From Octopus sinensis (Eukaryota): a stretch of 64,000 bases of DNA. The translations under genes and the position numbers were made by a program. Below the pieces are notes generated by a model. It was not told the origin of the DNA, ran no database searches, and saw only the letters and a list, made by a program, of their open reading frames with translations. Positions 56,596 to 64,000 of this stretch are shown one piece after another. The stretch is from contig NC_043025.1 in the NCBI RefSeq assembly GCF_006345805.1, forward strand, positions 13,640,001-13,704,000. The letters are read 5' to 3'. Every line of letters starts with the position of its first letter. Position 1 is the first letter of the stretch.

Positions 56596-58136
56596 AAGTC
56601 AGAGTGACTTATAGACATACAAGAATAGACTGGACAGTGTAGAGAGTACAACACTTCCAGCGTGTGATACTGTACTCCATGTCAGAATGTGAAGTACAAA
56701 TCTGGACAGTGGAATGAGTACAACACATCCAGAGTGAGATGATGGAGTACGAGCCTGGAGAGAGTACAACATATCTACCGTGTACTCCATGTCAGAATAT
56801 GGAGTCCAAACATAGATTTGGACAGTGGAGAGAGTAAAATACACCGAGAGTGTGATGCTGTACTCCATATCAGAATGTGGAGTACAAATTTCAACAGAAA
56901 TAGATCTGGACAGTGGAGAGAATATAATATTGTATTCCATGTGGATCTTCTTGGTTGCTGTTACTGATTTGGAAATTTTTTTAAAATCGAGTAAAAGTTT
57001 TTGAATACAAGCATTCACTGCCAAAGCACTTTCCAGACGTCCACCCCATCCTCAACAACCCTGTACAGGCGTTCACCACCACAATACTGTGAAAGTGTCC
57101 ACCTCATTCCTGACAACACTGTACAGGCGTTCATTGTTACAATACTCTATGAGTGGCCATCCCACCAAATGACATGTGTTTACTGCCACAATTCTTCACA
57201 CCCACAGTACTGAACATGTGTTCACCCTGTTACGCTGCCTACATGCATTTCCAAGATTCTCTGTCCCCATTCCATTCCATTGTTAACCATATTTGGCATG
57301 GAAGCAGGATTGCAGTTCATGCCATCAACTCTTGGCCTGTCGTCCCTTGTGTAGACTCCCGTAAAAAGATATTCCTTAATTTCGTCTGAAGACGTACAAG
57401 CATTCACCCCACTCACAATACTGCACAAATGTTCACTGCCACAACAGTCTATAAACGTTCATAATAATACTGTACAGGTGTTCACCACCACAATGTCGTA
57501 CATCTGTGTGTTCACCTGAACTTACTGAAAACAAAACAAGTTGAATAAATAAAAAACCCTGGCCATTTCTCAATGTGGACTGAGACCCAAAACAAGATGC
57601 AAGGACCGAGACAGCACTGGTCAGCAAGCAGCTCGGACTGTGATTCCAGGTGGTGTTGGTCAAACGTGAAGGTTGATGGTCTTGAGACGGAAGCAGCTTA
57701 GACTGAGAGACTGGACAGCTCTTCATCAGGCAGCTTGGTTGAAGTGACCACAAGGCAACCTAAAGAGGAGCTGTCAGCCCAACAGCATCGACCGATTCGG
57801 GGGGCATGTGTGCTGGGATCCATTGAGATCAAATCACAGTTGTTTTAGGGTCCAAAAGAAGAAAAAGAGACAACACACAGGTAATGTAAAACAATGAAAC
57901 CGGAAGAGTGACCATCTATTGATGGGGTAATGGTGGTGGAGGTATTGATGATAATGGTAGAGGAGTGGTGCTGACTCCAAGATGGCCAAAGCCACACTGA
58001 GATGTGGGTCTTTGTTGACCAATCAGTGAGGACTGTGGCTATATATAAATATTAGGGAAGTTATTTCCAAGTCCACAGGGGAGAGAAGTTCAATTTAGTG
58101 GTACTAAAATGAATTACTCATTATATTATATACATA

Positions 58137-58452
58137 GGTTTAAGAGACCGAATCACCTTCAAGCAACTCAATTATCATTTAACGACATTATCCATGATAG
58201 GTAAATATAGGACTAAGTATTAAAATTATCAAAATTAATACCTACAATTCTTATTTCAAATCATATACTTTACATTATAAAGACTACGCGCGTTTCATGA
58301 CAACATATTCCTCGATATTGCTGAAATAGAATGTCTCTAAATACAATACCATATTAAAACGATTATATTGCTAATCCTCAGGTCTAGCTTATTTTGCTAT
58401 TTACATCCTACTGAGGATAATGATGCTTGAGGGTGATTCTGTCTCTTAAATC
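58137..58452. mobile_element. 316-bp MITE with ~30-bp TIRs and TA TSD (Tc1/mariner-type by TSD)
   Basis: TA|ggtttaagagaccgaatcaccttcaagca ... tgcttgagggtgattctgtctcttaaatc|TA. Confidence 0.75.
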
Positions 58453-60090
58453 TATGTGGCTTACTGGTTAGGGTATTTAACACATAATCCTAAGGTCATG
58501 AGTTCAATTCCCGTGACATGTGTCTTTGAGCAAGACACTTTATTTCACGTTGCTCCAGTGCATTCAGCTGGCAAAAAAAGAATTGTACCTGTAATTCAGA
58601 TGGGGCCAACCTTGATATATTCTGTGTCACACTGGATCTCCCTGAGAACTATGTTAAGGGAACACGTATCTGTGGAGTACTCAGCCACTTGCTTGTTACT
58701 ATTGTGCACAGGATGTAGTTGTGGCGCTGGTGGTGAGGATAATGACGATGAAGATAATGATCATGATAAAAAAAAAAGGACAGCTAATTGCAACAAGACA
58801 TGCCCCAGAATAAAAATGGTAACATATTGTAGAGGGCACTTACCATGTATTTTGCGCAGGGGTTCAAAATGGGGATAGAGGTGGAGAGTAGCATTACCCT
58901 GAAAGACAAAAATAAGATCTTTTGTTTTAGTTTATCCGGGGGGCAACCAATCGTATTTCATACAGCAACATATATAAACATATTATAGACATTTACATAG
59001 GAAGTTTGCTTCCCAACCACCTGGCTCCAGGTTCAGTCCCACTATGTGGCACCCTTGTGCAAGGGTCTTCTACTCTAGCCTGGGGCCAACCGAAGCCTTG
59101 TGAGTAGATGGAAACTGAATGGGAGGCCATCATTGCTTGACAACCGATGCTGGTGTGTTTACATCCCTGTAACATAGCAGTTCAGCAAAAGAGACTGATA
59201 GAATAAATACTAGGTTTACAAAGAATAAGTCCTGGGGTCGATTTGCTCGACTAAAGGTGGTGTTCCAGCATGACCGCAGTCAAACGACTGAAACAAGAAA
59301 AAGAGTATACAAGTGGCTGAGTACTTCACAGATGTGTACCCTTAATGTAGTTCTCAGGGAGATTCAGCATGACACAAAATGCAACAAGGCTGGCCCCTTC
59401 GAATTACAGGTACAGCTCATTTTTATTAATTGTGTCTTGTTCAACAGTGTGCCACCAGGTATTGAACTCATGGCCTTAGAATTGTTAACTGAACACCCTA
59501 ACCACTAAGCCACCTGCCTATTGGATTCCAGAAACTACTTGCTTCTGCCAGCTGAGTGGATGGGAGCAATATGAGATGAAGTGTCTTGCTCAAGGACCCA
59601 ATACGGCGCCAAGGATCAAACTCACCACTTTACCCTAATGACTAAGCCATGCCCCTTCACAACCATACATATACCCAAGGGGGTGCTGAAAGGTTCCTGG
59701 CTTTGGGGTAAAAGAAAACAGAGGAAGACCATTCCCCTCTCACACTCACTTATTGCAGCAATCCTCCGGTTTTTCTAAACATTGTAAAAGAACTCATAAG
59801 GTTGAGCCTCCAACTAGGCCCTTCACAAAACCCTTAAAGCCAGGAACCTTTTAGTACCTCCAACACATCAAGGGGGCAGCTGAAAAGTTTCTGGTTTTGG
59901 GTAAAAGAAAATACAGAAGGATCAGTTAATAATGATTTTATTCAACACATTCCCCTCTCAGATTCACACACTTATTGCAAAGGTCCTTCAGTTTTACTAA
60001 GCCTTGTAAAAGACCTCAGAATGTTAGGCCTCTAACCAGATCTTTCATGATACCCTTAAAGCCAACTTTTTAGCACCCCATCATAGATAG

Positions 60091-60510
60091 GTCTTACAGC
60101 TGTTTCTAGCATATTAATTAATAATAATATCCCTTCATCGGAGACAGTGTGAGAGGAAAAATTAAGTCCTAGTTAGAGTTAAGATGTGATACAAAATAGA
60201 GAGTGAAGTGGAAGAAAGAAAGTAGATGCAAGATATGTATGGGTATTGAAGCTGTAAATCCATTTTATAGGCATAAAGGTATATATGAGTAATATTCCAA
60301 TATCCTTTGAGTAAAATCCACCAGTGTTTAATATGAGTCCATCCAAATCTAGAGTTTCTAAGCAATGTAAGATTCTCTTAAACTTGGTCAATCCCAATAG
60401 GGAATTTATATAGAGTGTACGCTGACATAGAACCAACGTTGAACCTTTTATTCGCAATATTACCAAATCTAGAAACTTAACTATGGTCTGTCTATAGCAC
60501 TTATTCAGCA
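60091..60510 (-). mobile_element. Interspersed repeat ending in a minimal hammerhead-like motif (possibly Penelope-like); related fragment at ~47530-47610
   Basis: Minus strand GTCT-CCGATGA-A-stem-GAAAC-AGCT-GTA-AGAC; shares gctgaataagtgc.ata.acagaccatagttaag with 47535. Confidence 0.5.
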
Positions 60511-63384
60511 TTATCTCTTTTATATATATATTCTATAAAGAATAATAATTTGTTTCTTTATTTCTCACAAGGGGCTAAACATAGAGGGGACAGACAAAGG
60601 GATTAAGTCGATTACATCGACCCCAGTGTGTAACTGGTACTTATTTAATCGACCCCGAAAGGATGAAAGGCAAAGTCGACCTTGGTGGAATTTGAACTCA
60701 GAACGTAGTGACAGATGAAATACTGCTCAGCATTTCGCCCGGTGAAAGAAGTTTCCATAAAACTGAATTTTCAACATCAAATGGCTATGGGGCTCCACCA
60801 GAATAAAATGGTAATCAAAAGGGGTCCAGAGATAAGAAATGGTTGAGAACCATGTTTTATATTGTTCAACCTACACCAGGGAATGTGTGAGAAACAAAAC
60901 AGGAATTTTGGAAGGAGTTTTTATATAACCAGGTCCTAAATATCGAATCGCTATGGGGATCCAGCAGAATATAAGAGTAATCAAAGGGGTCCATAAATAA
61001 AAAATCGTTAAGAACCTCTGGCTTAGAGGAAACACCATTCTGGATATCTTTTGGCTGAAGTCAAAGATTTCGAAATTTAGTGAAAATTTTTGAATTTGGT
61101 ATTTATGCGGCCTTTTTAAGTCTAACCATGGCATATGTGTTCCCACCAGCTGGACAGGATGCCAGTCCATTGCAGTGTCACTCAACAAACAGGAAGAAAA
61201 AGTGAGAGAAATTTGGGGCGAAAGAGTACAACAGGGGTTGTCACGTATGGACAAGGACAGTTGTATAAAGATGTGCTGATCTCTAACTGTGGAAGAGGTA
61301 GACCCAGGAAGACATGGGACAAGGTGATGAAGCATGATCTTCGAACTTTGGGCCTCACAGAGGCAATGACTAGTGACCGAGACCTTAGGAAATGTGCTCT
61401 GTTTGAGAAGAAGACCGGTCAAGCTAAGCAAAATCATAATCGTGGCTGATGCTGATGTCATATAAATGGCACATGTGCCAGTGACATATAAAATGCACCT
61501 TTCTAGTGTTGGGCCCCATGGGGGCAATCACAAATGACCGAGGCCCTCGGCATTACATTGTGCTTGAGAAGAAGACCCATCAAGCCAAGCGAAATCAGTC
61601 GTGGCAGATACTGGTGTCATGCAAATGGTACTCATTATTCTCTCAGAATGGTTGGCATTAAGAAGGGCATCCAGCTGCAGAAACCATACCAGATTAGACT
61701 GGAGTCTGGTGCATCCTTCCAGCCCTGGCCAAACCATGCCAGCATGGACAATGGTTGTTAAATGATGATGTATATATATATCTGTGCCAATGGCACATAA
61801 AAATCACCCACTACACTCACGGAGTGGTTGGCGTTAGGAAGGGCATCCAGCTGTAGAAACACTGCCAGATCAGACTCCTGGCTTCCCAGACCCCGGCCGA
61901 ATCGTCCAACACATGGAAAACAGACGTTAAACGATGATAATATATATGTATATAATTTGAAGAGCTTGCTTAAATTCTGCATGTAAAGTGCGTGTTTTTC
62001 CCAAACTCCTCGCCCCATCCTTCACTTGTTTCCTCCGTTGATGATGACCAGCACAACTGACCTCCCACACACCTTCAACAATGGACTAAATGGTGATTGG
62101 AGCAACAAATATCTTCGGATGTGTAATTTATCAAAAGCTTGGCCCATTTGTCATCAACAGAGCTACAAGCATAAAGTAGAATGGTCAGTGATGGTCATAA
62201 GTGGACAAACATGATGGATGTTCTCATCTTTCGTTTTTAATCATGTCAAGTGAAATCGTGGTCACGACCGATGCTGGGGATCATGTCATTGGAACCTGTC
62301 GGTGGCACATAAAAATCACTTTTTGAGCGTGGAGCTTCATGGAATCAAGGTGGCCAATGCCGGTGGCACGTTGGGCCTGATGGAGACAATCACAAATGAC
62401 CGAGACCTTTGGCATTACGCCATGCTCGAGAAGGAGACCCGTCAAAACAAGCAAAATCACAGACATGGCAGATACAGGTGTCACACAAATCTCACCTGTG
62501 CCTGTGACACATAAAAGACCCCGTTACACTCTTGGAGTGGTTGGCGCTTAGGAAGGGCATCCAGCCAAAGAAACCATGCCAAATCAGACAGGAGTCTGGT
62601 GCAGCCTTCTAGGTGGCCAGCCCTGGTCAAGTCATTCAAACCATGCCAGCACGGACATTAAATGATGATGATTAAATTTTGACAGGCCTCTTACTTGGTA
62701 CCAAGGTTGTGAAGGAAAGCATCTTGGAAGGGTGAAATTCCATTCACAGCTATAAGCTGATCTCGCCAACACATCAAGGCAATGGGGCCAGAGACAATGT
62801 ATCTCTCTTTTAGTGCCTCATAATTTAACACACTCACTGGTAAGATTTCCACTCATTTATTTTTCTTAAATGTATCAATTGATATCGATCAATAGACCTC
62901 GACAACAAGGTAGCGATCAATACAGCCATTCGATATTTTCAATACTAAAGAACAACATGTTGCATAGAGTATATGGTGCTATGCGATCCATGTAGCCATG
63001 TTCTACAAGAGTCAAATTCTACTTCAGTGTGCGATCTACAGGTTTCACTTATTTATTATGGTGCAGGAGTGGCTGTGTGGTAAGGAGCTTGCTTACAAAC
63101 CACATGGCTCTGGGTTCAGTCCCACCAAAGCCTTGTGAGTGGATTTGGTAGATGGAAACTGAAAGAAGCCCGTCACATATATATATATATGTGTGTTTGT
63201 TCCCCCCAACATTGCTTGACGACTGATGCTGGTGTGTCTACTTCCCCATAACTTAGTGGTTCAGCAAAAAGAGACCGATAGAATAAGTACTAGGCTTACG
63301 AAGAATAAGCCCTGGGGTCGATTTGATCAACTAAAGGCGGTGCTCCAGCATGGCCACAGTCAAATGACTGAAACAAGTAAAAGA

Positions 63385-63432
<48 letters not shown>

Positions 63433-64000
63433 CTACTGTCTGCAGTTAAGTGCAATCAAATCTTGAGTAAATATATTTGGTTTCCGCAGTAAAACGTTTA
63501 AGAAACTTGCTTTGCTGCCACACAGCTTGGGAACTCAGTGCCACTGTGAGGCACCTTGGGCAATGAGAACCTTGTGAGTGGATTTGATAGAAGGAAATTG
63601 TGTAAGCTCTTACTTGTCTTAGTCATTGGACTGTGGCCATGCTGGGGCACTGCCTTGAAGAAGTCATTTTTAGTTGGATGACTCAATCCCAGTACTTATT
63701 TTATCAGTGTTTTTTATTGAACTGCTAAGTTACAGGGATATAAACACACCAACGCCATTGTCAAGCAGTGGTGAGGGGCAAACATAGACACGCACACATA
63801 TATATGTACTACAGGCTTCTTTCAGTTTCCATCTAACAAATCCACTCACAAGGCTTTCATCGGCCCAGGGCTATAGCAGAAGACACTTGCCCAAGGTGCC
63901 ACGCAGTGGGGCTGAACCTGGAACCATGTGGTTGGGAAGCAAGATTCTTATTTTAGAATTTTTTTACTGCCCACAAGGGGCTACACACAGAGGGGCCAAA

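Noticed and set aside
56600-57500. Degenerate ~70-bp and ~35-bp tandem motifs with short ORFs
   Set aside because: Old decayed minisatellites; no coding or structural signal.
57495-57760. Possible minus-strand exon, and a CTGATGA hammerhead start at about 57723-57729
   Set aside because: The translation has no recognisable homology, and the motif lacks the GAAA half of the core.

Overview
Eukaryotic, repeat-dense genomic DNA. The SINE, LINE and MITE repertoire points to a cephalopod, most likely Octopus (inference from recall). Almost all ORFs in the supplied track are microsatellite or repeat artefacts. Two spliced genes can be rebuilt by hand with GT-AG junctions and consistent phases, and they converge tail-to-tail about 11 kb apart. 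(1) Plus strand, 1888-30862: 11 exons encoding TM3 to the C-terminus of an SLC6/NSS transporter resembling insect inebriated (TM6 QNFNS). It carries an Asn->Asp and a Ser->Cys substitution at the TM7 chloride-site positions. Its 5' exons were not found and probably lie upstream. (2) Minus strand, 50674-41885: 8 exons encoding the G3/G4 region, a helical segment and two C-terminal hydrophobic helices of an uncharacterised EHD/dynamin-like P-loop NTPase. Its N-terminal exons were not found. The rest is tRNA-derived SINEs, RTE, CR1-like and R4/Dong LINE ends, piggyBac-, mariner- and TA-type MITEs, Helitron-like elements, minisatellites and several long foldback palindromes, including a 724-bp one in an intron. 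Leads most worth following: a ~200-bp retroposon with a fixed 5' end, CAGC-starting TSDs and a partial HDV-like ribozyme fold; decayed minimal hammerhead motifs; the possibly chloride-independent SLC6; and the membrane-anchored dynamin-like protein. Coordinates were counted by hand and repeat boundaries are approximate.
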